Below, piece after piece: positions 20,372 to 30,340 of a stretch of DNA of 64,000 nt. The position numbers and the translations under genes were made by a program. Numbering within the stretch: position 1 is the first letter of the stretch; every line of letters begins with the position of its first letter. Source of the stretch: Alphaproteobacteria bacterium (lineage in GTDB: Bacteria; Pseudomonadota; Alphaproteobacteria; UBA828). The notes below the pieces were generated by a model, which did not search any database, was not told the origin of the DNA, and was given only the letters and a program-made list of their open reading frames with translations. The stretch spans positions 352,001 through 416,000 of the forward strand of contig OZ243972.1 in the NCBI GenBank assembly GCA_965214705.1. The letters run 5' to 3'.

Positions 20372-22581
20372 AAGGGAGTGCCCTCCGCAATGCGCGAGTA
20401 ATCCTGCTGCATTTGCCGTGGTTGGCACTGCTGGGCTGGCTGGCCAGCGTGTCTTGGTTCCTGACGGACGACGCCTTCATCAGCTTCCGCTACGTCCGCA
20501 ACCTTCTGGAGGGTCACGGCCTGGTATTCAACCCCGGCGAAATTGTCGAAGGCTATTCCAACTTCCTGTGGGTGTTGGAACTCGCCGCGATATGGGCATT
20601 GTCGGGAGTCGCGCCGGAGGTCGCGGCCCCGTGGCTGTCCGTCGCGTTCACCGCCGGCACTATCGCCGCAGTGATGTGGTGGATCGCTCGCCTGCCGGGG
20701 CTACGCCATCGGGGTCTGGTCGCATGGATGGCTCTCGGCCTCGTGTGCTCCAGCGGCACCTTCGCGGTGTGGACGTCCGGCGGCGGGCTGGAGACGCGGC
20801 AGTTCACCTTCTTCATCGTCCTGGCCGTGATGTGCCTGAGCCTTTACCGGGACAGCCGCCGAGGCCTGCTGGCGGCGTCGTTGAGCCTGGCCGCCGCCGC
20901 CTTGACGCGGCCCGAAGGCCCGCTGATAGCGGCCTTGTGTTTCGGCTGGTTCGTTATCCAGCGGATGGCAGACACGGGGCGCCTGAAGCCGGACTGGCGC
21001 TGGCTGGTCTGCCTGATCGGGCCTTTCCTCGTCCTGGTCTCCGCCCATTTTCTGTGGCGCTACGCCTATTATGGCGAGTGGCTGCCCAACACCTACTACG
21101 CCAAGCATGTGCGGCCGTGGTACGAGTCGGGCTTCCGCTATCTGTGGGCGGCGGCGGTTGAGACGGGGCTGTATCTGCTGATCCCCCTGGCCGCTGTCAC
21201 CATGCGGAACCGCTGGCGAGCGTCCCGCGACGGGACAGGTGCCCTAGTGCTGCTATTGGTCGGCGTCCACATGGCCTATGTGATGCGTATCGGCGGCGAC
21301 CATTTCGAGTACCGCCCGCTGGACTTCTACTGGCCGCTACTGGCTGTCCCGGCTTCCATGGGAATCGTACACCTCGGCTCGAGGATTGCCGCCGGTCGGT
21401 GGTTACGAAAGTCCCCCCCCCCCCCCCCGCGTTCGGCAGCAGGTATGCGGATGTGCGCAATCGCTCTCTTCGTGCCGGTGTTGTTCTACACCAGTACGAT
21501 TCAGGGCACCCTGTTATTCGAGGGGGCCGCAATTCGCGAACGCATCCTGAAGTTGCACATAGAACTCGATGACGACAGCGCTGGGTGGTTACTCGCCGTG
21601 CCGGGGATGCCGATGCTTGTCGCCGTCTCAAACGACTTGCGCCGCCAAGCTGCCCAGCAGTCCGTCGCGTCGCCTTTTGCGGAACACCGCGAGTTCGCCA
21701 ACTCGCAATTGCGGACATGGAAACCATACGAGAACATGGAGAGAGGAGTGATTCCCGATGACGCGCTGATGGCTGGCGGCGGGCTCGGAATCCGCTTCTA
21801 TTATCTTCCCGACCTGAAGGTCATCGACATATTCGGCTTGACCGACGCGACGGTGGCGCGCAACCCGGTCACAAGACCCAACCACCAGCGTGTCATCGCC
21901 CACGACCGTCAACCACCTCCCGGATACCTCGAAGAACGGGGCGTCAACTTCACTATACACCCCGCAGCACCCAGCGCATCCAGGGCACTTCGCCGCGCGG
22001 CATACGCCGTGAGGGTCGGCCCGGATCTGTGGATGCCCTTCGACTCCTCCGACCGGCAGTGGGTCTTGGACCGTTTTTCCGGTCGAGACTTGCGCGCCCT
22101 CGTCTTCGACGAGCGGTTTCTCGGACGCTTCGAAGATGGCTTCGACGGCTGGCTTCTGGAAGGCGAAGCAGTCACGGTTCATGATCAACATGAACGCTAC
22201 AGAGGCCAGCAGCCGATCAGCGGCAACGTGGGCCGAGCGTTCCTAACGAGTTACCATCCCGACAAGGGAGACCGAGCCACCGGACGGGCGCTCTCGCCTG
22301 CGTTCGCCGCCGAGTCCGACCAGTATCTTATATTCCTGATCGCCGGAGGCGTGGGCAGCGGCGTCGGGTTACGCCTGTTGGCCGACGGCGGCGAAGCCGC
22401 GGTCTGGCGTGGCGAGAACACCGAGCGGTTCAGGCGGGTCATCTTCCCCTTGGCCGACGTCGCCGGCCAGCGTCTGCAACTGGAGCTGTTCGACGACGAA
22501 ACCGGCGGCTGGGGCCACATCATGCTCGACCAAGTCATGCTGGTGCGGCAACAATCCGAAGAGCCATCGGAGGAGCCTTAG
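20368..22581 (+). CDS. GT-C-type membrane glycosyltransferase (AftB-like) with C-terminal beta-sandwich domain
   Basis: [52 protein letters not shown]; C16 tract at 21413-21428. Confidence 0.75.
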   Translation: MKGSALRNARVILLHLPWLALLGWLASVSWFLTDDAFISFRYVRNLLEGHGLVFNPGEIVEGYSNFLWVLELAAIWALSGVAPEVAAPWLSVAFTAGTIAAVMWWIARLPGLRHRGLVAWMALGLVCSSGTFAVWTSGGGLETRQFTFFIVLAVMCLSLYRDSRRGLLAASLSLAAAALTRPEGPLIAALCFGWFVIQRMADTGRLKPDWRWLVCLIGPFLVLVSAHFLWRYAYYGEWLPNTYYAKHVRPWYESGFRYLWAAAVETGLYLLIPLAAVTMRNRWRASRDGTGALVLLLVGVHMAYVMRIGGDHFEYRPLDFYWPLLAVPASMGIVHLGSRIAAGRWLRKSPPPPPRSAAGMRMCAIALFVPVLFYTSTIQGTLLFEGAAIRERILKLHIELDDDSAGWLLAVPGMPMLVAVSNDLRRQAAQQSVASPFAEHREFANSQLRTWKPYENMERGVIPDDALMAGGGLGIRFYYLPDLKVIDIFGLTDATVARNPVTRPNHQRVIAHDRQPPPGYLEERGVNFTIHPAAPSASRALRRAAYAVRVGPDLWMPFDSSDRQWVLDRFSGRDLRALVFDERFLGRFEDGFDGWLLEGEAVTVHDQHERYRGQQPISGNVGRAFLTSYHPDKGDRATGRALSPAFAAESDQYLIFLIAGGVGSGVGLRLLADGGEAAVWRGENTERFRRVIFPLADVAGQRLQLELFDDETGGWGHIMLDQVMLVRQQSEEPSEEP

Positions 22582-22696
22582 TGTGCCCTCGCCTGATCGC
22601 GGCAACCGGCAGCGGCCAGCGGACACCCAGCGAGGACCACGCTTGGAGGAGCGGCTTCGATCTCGTCGAAACGGCGAGCGGCGCGAAAACCCTGCC

Positions 22697-23443
22697 ATGA
22701 ACAGCGCGGTCGAAACAGCGCTGGTGATCGGCGCCACATCGGACATTGGCCGCGCCATCGCTCACACGATGGCGGACGGGGGCTGCGCGTTGCAGCTCGC
22801 GGCGCGCGACCCGGCGCGGCTGGAGCGGGAAGCGCGTGACATCCGGGTGCGCAAGGGGGCAGCCGTAGCCGCGCACCACTGCGACGTGCTCGATGAAGAC
22901 GGCGGCGTCTCGCTGCTCGATGAGCTCGATCCCCTGCCCGACGTGGCGGTGTGCGTCGTCGGGTTGCTCGGCGATCAGGCGGAAAGTCAGCGGGACGCCA
23001 ACGCCGCCGGGCCAGTGATGCGGACGAACTATATCGGTCCCGCGCTGCTGATGGGGGCGCTCGCCGAGCGCTTCGAGCAGCGTGGCGGCGGCATCCTGGT
23101 CGGTGTCAGCTCGGTGGCCGGCGACCGCGGGCGTGCATCGAACTACGTCTATGGCTCGGCGAAGGCGGGGTTCACCGCGTTCCTCTCCGGTCTGCGCGGC
23201 CGACTGGTTGCCTCCGGCGTCCACGTGGTGACGGTCAAGCCGGGCTTCGTGCGCACACGCATGACCGACGGGATGGACCTGCCGGCCCGGCTGACCGCTA
23301 ACCCCGAGGAGGTCGCCACGGTGGTCGTCGAAGCGATCCGCCGACGCCGCGACGTCGTTTACGTACGCCACGCCTGGCGCCCGATCATGTTCGTTATACG
23401 CGCTATTCCTGAGCGCCTGTTCAAGCGGATGAAGCGCCTGTGA
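22697..23443 (+). CDS. dprE2: SDR oxidoreductase, DprE2-like
   Basis: IGATSDIG, SSVAGDRGRASNYVYGSAKAG, VKPGFVRTRMT. Confidence 0.85.
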   Translation: MNSAVETALVIGATSDIGRAIAHTMADGGCALQLAARDPARLEREARDIRVRKGAAVAAHHCDVLDEDGGVSLLDELDPLPDVAVCVVGLLGDQAESQRDANAAGPVMRTNYIGPALLMGALAERFEQRGGGILVGVSSVAGDRGRASNYVYGSAKAGFTAFLSGLRGRLVASGVHVVTVKPGFVRTRMTDGMDLPARLTANPEEVATVVVEAIRRRRDVVYVRHAWRPIMFVIRAIPERLFKRMKRL

Positions 23444-23670
23444 AGAATTCACAATCCATCAGTCCATGGCGATTGCTTCTCGGCGGCGCTGCAAATTTGA
23501 TCTCGAATTCCGACCATGTGGAGTTGGTCGCACCTGGGGATTGGACGTGTCACCCAAAGGGCTGGAACGCTCGGAGGAGCCGCCGAACGGCTTGATGCGT
23601 CGTAGCCGCAAGTGCCCAGTTCCACCATTGGTGGGTATCGCGAGGAAAGCTGCACCGATACTCGAAGCCA

Positions 23671-24831
23671 TCAACAGTCTACGTTGACCCCACTGCAATC
23701 CAATGCGGACGCAATTGCCGCACCGATGCGTTCCGCCGCCGCCTCGGTCTCACGGTCGCCGACGTGAGCGTAGCGCAGCGTCATGCTTGGGCGCTTGTGG
23801 CCGAGCAGGCGCGAGACGACGGGCAAGGGGATGCCTTGCATCACGGCGTGGCTGGCGAACGTGTGTCGCAAGTCGTGAAGGCGCACGTCTTCGATTCCGA
23901 TTTCCCTGCGCACTAGGTACCAGAGCGGCAGGTGGGACGACAGCGGCCGCGTCGGATCGAACGGCGAGGGAAAGACATACGCGCTTCCGGTTCGCAGCTG
24001 CCGCTCCAGGATGGCGCGCGCGGGCGCATTCAGGACGACCCGCCGCGGCCCGGACTTGGCATCCGCGAGATTGAGCGCGTCCCCGTCGATGTCCTGCCGA
24101 CGCATGGTCACGATCTCGTTCTTGCGGCAGCCGGTCAGCAGGAGAAGGCGGATGATGTCCGCCTGCCGTGCGCGCGACGGCCGCGCGCCGGCATGGTGGT
24201 CCAGCGCGCGGTGAAGGCGCTGGATCTCCTCGCGCGAGAGGAAGCGGGTTAGCTTCGGGCGCGGATTCCGCTTCACGCAGCTGGCCGGGTTCGTGTCGAG
24301 ATGCCCGCACGCGACGGCCTGGTTCAGTATCCGGCGGAGCAGGCCCAACGCCTGGTTGGCCCCGCCCGGCGCGGTCCGGCTGTACTCGCCGAACCAGCGG
24401 TGCACATTCGCGGGGGCGATCCGGTCCAGCGGCGACGGGCCGAAGGCCGGAAGCAAGTGCCTCCGCAAGACCCAGTTCGCTCTCTTCCGCGCCGAAGGCT
24501 TGAGATTGTCGAGCCGCGCCTTCACCGGACCTGCGACGAAATCCCCGAACGTCGGCACCGCTCCCCGTTCCGGCCGCCCGGACCGTGCTGCGGTCTCCAG
24601 GGTGAGGCACTTGGCGCGCGCTTCCTCGACGCCCATCAGGGCCGCAGGCGCGAGGGTCATCCTGCGCGCGCCGCCCTCGCCCTTCCGGCAATAGACGTAG
24701 CTGCGGTGTCCCGAGGGCCGGACCCGCACGCCGAGGCCGGCATGGCGGGTGTCCCAGACCGTGTACTCGCGCGCCGCCGGCGTCAGCCAAGCCACGTTGG
24801 CGTCGGTCAGACGCTTCCTCTTCCCGGCCAT
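23671..24831 (-). CDS. Tyrosine recombinase B of the inner element (intact)
   Basis: Arm-binding N-terminus (GLGVRVRPSG); catalytic motifs TGCR, HDLRH, LLGH, RYAH. Confidence 0.92.
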   Translation of the reverse strand: MAGKRKRLTDANVAWLTPAAREYTVWDTRHAGLGVRVRPSGHRSYVYCRKGEGGARRMTLAPAALMGVEEARAKCLTLETAARSGRPERGAVPTFGDFVAGPVKARLDNLKPSARKRANWVLRRHLLPAFGPSPLDRIAPANVHRWFGEYSRTAPGGANQALGLLRRILNQAVACGHLDTNPASCVKRNPRPKLTRFLSREEIQRLHRALDHHAGARPSRARQADIIRLLLLTGCRKNEIVTMRRQDIDGDALNLADAKSGPRRVVLNAPARAILERQLRTGSAYVFPSPFDPTRPLSSHLPLWYLVRREIGIEDVRLHDLRHTFASHAVMQGIPLPVVSRLLGHKRPSMTLRYAHVGDRETEAAAERIGAAIASALDCSGVNVDC

Positions 24832-24834
24832 GCG

Positions 24835-24961
24835 TCAGCCCTCAAGGACAGCGCCGACGGCCTCGGCCGCCTCGCGCACCATGGCGTCGGACAAATGCAA
24901 GTATTTCAGCGTCGTTGCCGGATCGCGGTGCCCGAGAAGACAGCCGATGGTCAGCACCGTC
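24835..24961 (-). pseudogene. Inner-element intA, C-terminal part
   Basis: TVLTIGCLLGHRDPATTLKYLHL; separated from 27891-28896 by IS66. Confidence 0.85.
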
Positions 24962-25051
24962 GTAAGCGGTATCGAGGCCCCATACTTCCAACGCATCTGA
25001 TTTCGCGGCTGACTCTTGGCCTTGGCAAGGAGCCTTGGAGGAGGCATCGCG

Positions 25052-25654
25052 ATGAAGGATTTGGATTTTCTGCGTGGCCACGAGTTCGGCGGTCACTCGG
25101 TCGAGGCGCGAGCGCCTGAAGAGGCCGCCCCATCTGCCGCAGCCCCATCTACGGCAACTGTTCCGGCTGATCACACTCGGCGGTCATGGTCCGCCGAGGA
25201 GAAGGCACGGATCGTCGCGGAGAGCGACAGGCCGGGAGTTGTGCAGAAGGAGGTCGCGGCTCGCCACGGCATCAGCGCACAAACTCTTCGTCAGTGGCGC
25301 AGTCGGTCAGCGGCTTCCGGGAAGCGGCGTGGCCGGCCTTGGCCGGCTGATGTGAAGGCGCGGATTGTTGCGGAGAGCGAGCGCCCGGATGCATCGATAT
25401 CGGCAGTTGCCCGCCGTCACGGCATCAGCGAGAAGACGCTGCGCACCTGGCGTCGCCAGGCGGCGAGTGACGCTGGTGGCGATCGGCAGGGAGCCGGGTC
25501 TTCGCCCCCCTATATTCCGGTTGTAGTTGACGGGTCTGCGTCCGAGCGGACGGTCGCGATTGAGGCGCTGGGCGTCGTCGTTCGCCTTCCGGTGGAGAGC
25601 GCGGTCGATCGGATCGTGGCTGTGGCCTCGGGCCTGGGTCGTGCGTCGTCATGA
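25052..25654 (+). CDS. tnpA: IS66 TnpA with two tandem HTH modules
   Basis: RRSWSAEEKARIVAES..VAARHGIS..WR and RPWPADVKARIVAES..VARRHGIS..WR. Confidence 0.8.
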   Translation: MKDLDFLRGHEFGGHSVEARAPEEAAPSAAAPSTATVPADHTRRSWSAEEKARIVAESDRPGVVQKEVAARHGISAQTLRQWRSRSAASGKRRGRPWPADVKARIVAESERPDASISAVARRHGISEKTLRTWRRQAASDAGGDRQGAGSSPPYIPVVVDGSASERTVAIEALGVVVRLPVESAVDRIVAVASGLGRASS

Positions 25655-26001
25655 TCGCGGTGCCCTCGCTTCGCATCGTGTTGGCGACGCGTCCGGTTGA
25701 TTTTCGTCGCGGCCACGACGCGCTTGCGGCGACGGCGGCGAGGGAGCTGGACCTCGATATCTATTCCGGGGTGATCGTGATCTTCCGCTCGCGCCGCGGG
25801 GACAGGCTCAAGCTTCTCACCTGGGACGGGACCGGTCTGGTGATGACCTACAAGCGTCTGGAGCAAGGCCGCTTCGCCTGGCCCCGGATCGAGGACGGTG
25901 TGATTCGCCTTACGAAGGGCCAGTTCGAGGCTCTCTTCGAGGGCCTCGACTGGCGCCGGGTGAAGGCCCGCCCGGTTCGCCGCCCGCTGGCGGCGGAGTG
26001 A
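25651..26001 (+). CDS. tnpB: IS66 accessory protein TnpB
   Basis: PVDFRRGHD, FRSRRGDRLKLL.WDGTG, KRLE.GRF.WP. Confidence 0.92.
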   Translation: MIAVPSLRIVLATRPVDFRRGHDALAATAARELDLDIYSGVIVIFRSRRGDRLKLLTWDGTGLVMTYKRLEQGRFAWPRIEDGVIRLTKGQFEALFEGLDWRRVKARPVRRPLAAE

Positions 26002-26094
26002 GGCGAGACGCAGGCGGGTCCGCAGATTTTTGTCGAGGTCCCGCCTGCACTTTTCCCTGGTCACGCATTGGCGAATCGGATTAAGGGATCGGCC

Positions 26095-27810
26095 ATGCCG
26101 AAGGTCACGCCCTCACCCCTCAGCAGCGCCGGTTCGCCGTCGCCTGCGGTGGTTTCGGCGGCGCTGGCGACCCTGCAGGCGGAGCTTGCCGAGGAGCGCG
26201 CGGCGCGCCGTGCGACCGAAGCAGCCCTATGCGAAGCGGAGCAGGCACGCGGCGCGGCGGAGGCGGCGAGGCAGACGGCGGAAGCGCGGGCGGCACGGCT
26301 GGAGGCCGAGAACGCGCACAGCGCGGAGCAGATCAGCCGGCTTGAGCATCTCAACAAGGAGCTCAGGAAGGCGCTGTTCGGTCCGCGCTCCGAGAAGCTC
26401 AACGAGGACGAGCGCCAGCTTACGTTCGAGGAGTTTTGGGCGGCGATCGCTGAAGCCGGCGGTCGGCCCGAGGCAGATGACCAGGAGCAGGACGAGGGGG
26501 CTGGCGGCAAGCGCCGGCGGCGCTCTTCCCGGGGGTCGCGCAGCGGGGTGCGCTTCGGGCCCCAGGTCGACCGGCGCGAGGAGGTGATCGAGCCGGACAC
26601 GATCATGTGCCCCTGCGGCTGCGGCGAGATGACGAAGATCGGCGAGGACCGCAGCGAGCGGCTGGACTATGAGCCGGCGAAGTTCACCGTCATCGAGACC
26701 GTGCGCCCCCGCTACGCCTGCAACAAGTGCAAGGGCGGCGGGGTGGTGCAGGCGTCGGCGCCCGCCTCTCTGGTGGAGGGCGGCCTTCCCACCGAGGCTC
26801 TTCTGGCGCAGGTGCTGATCGCGAAGTACGGCGATCATTGCCCGCTCTACCGTCAGTCGCAGATTTACGAGCGCTCGGGGATCGAGGTTCACCGTGCGAC
26901 GCTGGCGACGTGGGTGGGGCAGGCGTCGTTTCACCTGCGCCCCGTGGTCGCTTGCCTGAAGGATGAGCTGAAGAAGTCGGATCACCTGGGTCTGGACGAG
27001 ACCACGATCCGCGTTCTCGACCCGGGCCGGGGCAAGACGAAGACGGGCTACATGTGGACCCTTGTGCGCGACGAGCGCCACTGGAGCGGCGCCGACCCGC
27101 CGGGCGTTGTCTATCGCTATGAGCCCGGTCGCGGCGGCAAGTATGGCGCCAGGCTCTTGAAGGGCTTTTCGGGGACGGTGCAGCTCGACGCCTACTCGGG
27201 CCACAACATCCTGGCGCGGCCGGACCGGCCCGGCGGCCCCGTGACGCGGGCTCTGTGCTGGGCGCACGTCAGGCGCAAGCTGAAAGAGGTGTACGACTCG
27301 AGCGCCTCGCCGATCGCGCTGGCTGGCCTGAAGCGGATCGCGACGCTCTATGCGATCGAGGAGAAGATCCGGGGCGAGCCGCCGGCGACGCGTCAGGCGA
27401 TCCGCTGGGAGGAGTCGGCGCCGATCGTGAACGCCTTCGGTGTCTGGCTCGACGAACAGCGCTCGCGGGTCTCACCGCGCTCGCGTCTCGGCGAGAAGCT
27501 CACCTATATCGCCAACCAGTGGGACGGGCTGCTGGAGTTCCTGCACGACGGCCGCGTCGAGATCGACTCGAACCTGGTGGAAAACCGAATCCGCCCGCTG
27601 AAGCTCACCGCCAAGAATGCGCTCTTCGCCGGCAACGACGAGGGTGCGCAAGCCTGGGCCCGCATCGCATCGCTGATCGAGACCTGCAAGATGAACGGCG
27701 TCGAGCCTTACGCCTGGATGCGGAGCACGCTCGAGAAGATCGCCAAGGGTCACCCGCAGTCCAAAATCCAGGAACTGCTGCCGTGGAACTTCGAGCCCGA
27801 GACAAATTGA
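26095..27810 (+). CDS. tnpC: IS66 transposase TnpC
   Basis: FGPRSEK, KYGDHCPLYRQ, LDET, CWAHVRRK, IDSNLVENRIR. Confidence 0.93.
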   Translation: MPKVTPSPLSSAGSPSPAVVSAALATLQAELAEERAARRATEAALCEAEQARGAAEAARQTAEARAARLEAENAHSAEQISRLEHLNKELRKALFGPRSEKLNEDERQLTFEEFWAAIAEAGGRPEADDQEQDEGAGGKRRRRSSRGSRSGVRFGPQVDRREEVIEPDTIMCPCGCGEMTKIGEDRSERLDYEPAKFTVIETVRPRYACNKCKGGGVVQASAPASLVEGGLPTEALLAQVLIAKYGDHCPLYRQSQIYERSGIEVHRATLATWVGQASFHLRPVVACLKDELKKSDHLGLDETTIRVLDPGRGKTKTGYMWTLVRDERHWSGADPPGVVYRYEPGRGGKYGARLLKGFSGTVQLDAYSGHNILARPDRPGGPVTRALCWAHVRRKLKEVYDSSASPIALAGLKRIATLYAIEEKIRGEPPATRQAIRWEESAPIVNAFGVWLDEQRSRVSPRSRLGEKLTYIANQWDGLLEFLHDGRVEIDSNLVENRIRPLKLTAKNALFAGNDEGAQAWARIASLIETCKMNGVEPYAWMRSTLEKIAKGHPQSKIQELLPWNFEPETN

Positions 27811-27890
27811 CTCGCGCGCTCACGGCGCTCCTCAACAAGTCCCCCTCGTAGTCAACCCAGATTCCGGCATGGGGTCTGCGTAACGCTTAC

Positions 27891-28896
27891 GCACCGTCTC
27901 GCCCCGCACCAGGGCCGTGCTGGCGTACGTATGTCGAAGGTCGTGAAGGCGGACGTCGCACAGGTCCGCTTCCGCCCTCACGCGATGCCAAGACTTGCCG
28001 ACACCGACCGTGTGCAGGAAGCCGTCGGACCGCGGCGAGGGGAAGACCCAGACGGACGTGCGGGGCAGGCCGTCGAGGATTGCGCGCGCGGCGGACGAGA
28101 GCCAGACCGTGCGCGGACCGGTCTTGGAATCGGGCAGGAACAGCTTGCCCTCGCGGTAGAAAGACCACTTCAGGGTGACGATCTCGCTCTTGCGGCATCC
28201 GGTGAGCAGCAGCAGGCGAATGATCGCCACGGCCAGCGGCCGGTCGGCCTCGTGGCGTGCCAGCACGGCGCCCAGCCGGCGCATCTCCGCGGCCGACAGG
28301 AAGCGCTCCCGCCCCTGGCGGCGGTACCGCCTGATGCCCGCGCACGGGTTGGTCCCCTCGGTCCGGTAGCCGTAGACCTCGGCTTGGCGCATGATGACCG
28401 AGAGGACTGGGGCCGAGCGGTCCGCCGCCACCGGGGTCACGTGGAGGGAGGCGAACCAGCGCTGGACGTCGTGCGCGGTGATGTCGGCGATCGGGCGCCC
28501 TTCGAAGCAGGGCAAAATCTGGTTGCGGTAGTAGTAGCGGTTGACCTTGAGCGTCGATGGTTTCCAGTTTCGGGCATAGCGGTGGAAGACTTCATCGGCG
28601 ACCGTCTCGAACGGGATGTCCGGCGCCGCTGTGGCATCGCCGCCGTTGCCCTTGCGGACCGAGGCCACCAGGGTCCTGGCCCGGTCGCGGGCCTCGTCGG
28701 CGCCGATGGCCCCGGCCTGGCCGACGATCTTCCAGACCCGCCGGCCCTGGTGCTGGGTATGGACGAAGTAGCGTTTGGCGCCCGAGGGAAGGACCCTGAC
28801 GCCGAAGCCCTTGAGATCGCGGTCGCGCACGTCGTAGGCGGACTTGCGGGGCTTGAGCGCGTCGACGCGGTGTTCGTTGAGGCGAACCGTCGCCAT
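27891..28896 (-). pseudogene. Inner-element intA, N-terminal part
   Basis: LKGFGVRVLPSG arm domain, TGCRKSE, HDLRH; interrupted by IS66. Confidence 0.88.
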
Positions 28897-29013
28897 GAAA
28901 CTCCTCCTGCGTTCTGTTGCAGCCGGGGAAGAACGCGGACCGATTCCGCGTCTTCCGGGCTTGACAGGAGGAAAAAAGCAACGCTATGTCAGTGCATTAG
29001 AACCGAAGGTGCG

Positions 29014-29091
29014 CCAGACGGTGTACTCGCGGGCCATCGGCGCCAGCCGGGCCACGTTGGCGTCGGTCAGACGCCGCCTCTTCACGGCCAT
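29014..29091 (-). pseudogene. Outer-element intB, N-terminal part (1 of 3)
   Basis: MAVKRRRLTDANVARLAPMAREYTVW, broken at the inner-element junction. Confidence 0.85.
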
Positions 29092-29093
29092 GC

Positions 29094-30218
29094 CTAGCCC
29101 TCCAGGACGGCGCCGACGGTATCGACGGCCTCGAGCACTGTGAGGTCGGACATGTGTGTGTATTTCAGCGTCGTTGCCGGATCGCGGTGTCCGAGAAGAC
29201 GGCCGATCGTGAGCACCGTCTCACCCTGCGCGAGTGCCATGCTGGCGTACGAATGCCGCAGATCGTGAAGGCGGACGTCGCGCAGATCCGCTTCCGTTCT
29301 CACGCGACACCAGACCGCGCCGACTGCCCTTGCGCTCAGGAAGCCACCTGTTCTTGGCGAGGGGAAAACCCAGGCGGCTTCGCGGGGCAAGCCGTCCAGG
29401 ATTGCGCGCGCGGCGGACGACAGCCAGACCGTGCGCGGCCCGGACTTGCTGTCGGGCAGGAACAGCTTCCCCTCGCGGTAGAAGCGCCATTTCAGGGAGA
29501 TGACCTCGCCCTTGCGGCAGCCGGTCAGCAGCAGCAGGCGTATGATCGCCATGGCCTGAGGGCAGGCGGCTTCATGGCGTGCCAGCACATCGCCCAGACG
29601 GCGGAGTTCGGCGGTCGACAGGAAGCGCTCCCGCCCCTGGCGGCGGTATCGCCTGATGCCCGCGCACGGGTTGCTTCCCTCGGGCCGGTAGCCGTAGATC
29701 TCGGCCTGGCGCATGATGACGGACAGGACGGGAGCCGAGCGGTCCGCCGCCACCGGGGTCTCGTGAAGGGATGCGAACCAGTGCCGGACATCGCGGGCGG
29801 CGATGCCGGCGATCGGGCGTCCCTTGAACCAGGGCAGAATCTGGTTCCGGTAGTAGCCCTGGTTGACCTTGAGCGTCGACGGCTTCCAGTTCCGAGCGTA
29901 GCGCCGGAACACTTCGTCGCCGACCGTCTCGAACGGAGTGTCCGGCGGTGCTGCGGCTTCGTCGTCGTTGCCCTTGCGGATGGAGGCCACCAGGGTTCTG
30001 GCCCGTTCGCGGGCCTCGTCAACGCTGACGGAGCCGGCGCGGCCGACGATCTTCCAGACCCGCCGACCGTCGTGCTGAGCATGTACGAAGTAGCGCTTGG
30101 CGCCCGAGGGCAGGACCCTGACGCCGAAGCCCTTGAGATCGCGGTCACGGACATCGTAGGCGGCCTTGCGGGGCTTGAGCGCGTTGACACGGCGTTGGTT
30201 GAGGCGAACTCTTGCCAC
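29094..30218 (-). CDS. Tyrosine recombinase A of the outer element (intact)
   Basis: GGAGG RBS and GTG at 30218; arm domain; TGCR, HDLRH, LLGH, KYTH. Confidence 0.92.
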   Translation of the reverse strand: MARVRLNQRRVNALKPRKAAYDVRDRDLKGFGVRVLPSGAKRYFVHAQHDGRRVWKIVGRAGSVSVDEARERARTLVASIRKGNDDEAAAPPDTPFETVGDEVFRRYARNWKPSTLKVNQGYYRNQILPWFKGRPIAGIAARDVRHWFASLHETPVAADRSAPVLSVIMRQAEIYGYRPEGSNPCAGIRRYRRQGRERFLSTAELRRLGDVLARHEAACPQAMAIIRLLLLTGCRKGEVISLKWRFYREGKLFLPDSKSGPRTVWLSSAARAILDGLPREAAWVFPSPRTGGFLSARAVGAVWCRVRTEADLRDVRLHDLRHSYASMALAQGETVLTIGRLLGHRDPATTLKYTHMSDLTVLEAVDTVGAVLEG

Positions 30219-30340
30219 AGATATTCCTCCTGCATTCACTGTTGCGGCCGGGGCGAAAACACGGACCGGTTCCGTGTTCTTCGGCCGAATCAGGAGGAGA
30301 AATGCAACGCTATGTCAGTGTGTTAGAACCGCAGGTGCGC

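Larger units (their letters stand above)
24962..27890 (+). mobile_element. IS66 (tnpA-tnpB-tnpC) inserted in intA
   Basis: Ends GTAAGCG..CGCTTAC; 8-bp TSD GCACCGTC at 24954-24961 and 27891-27898. Confidence 0.93.
13447..29013 (-). mobile_element. Dual tyrosine-recombinase cargo element, inner copy (~15.6 kb)
   Basis: CCAGACGGTGT at 13436-13446 and 29014-29024; removal restores REYTVWDT of the outer intB. Confidence 0.85.
8465..30340 (-). mobile_element. Dual tyrosine-recombinase cargo element, outer copy (~21.9 kb)
   Basis: CGGGTGGTGT(G) at both junctions (8455 and 30341); removal restores the ISAs1 reading frame; subterminal inverted repeats; intA-intB at the right end. Confidence 0.8.
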
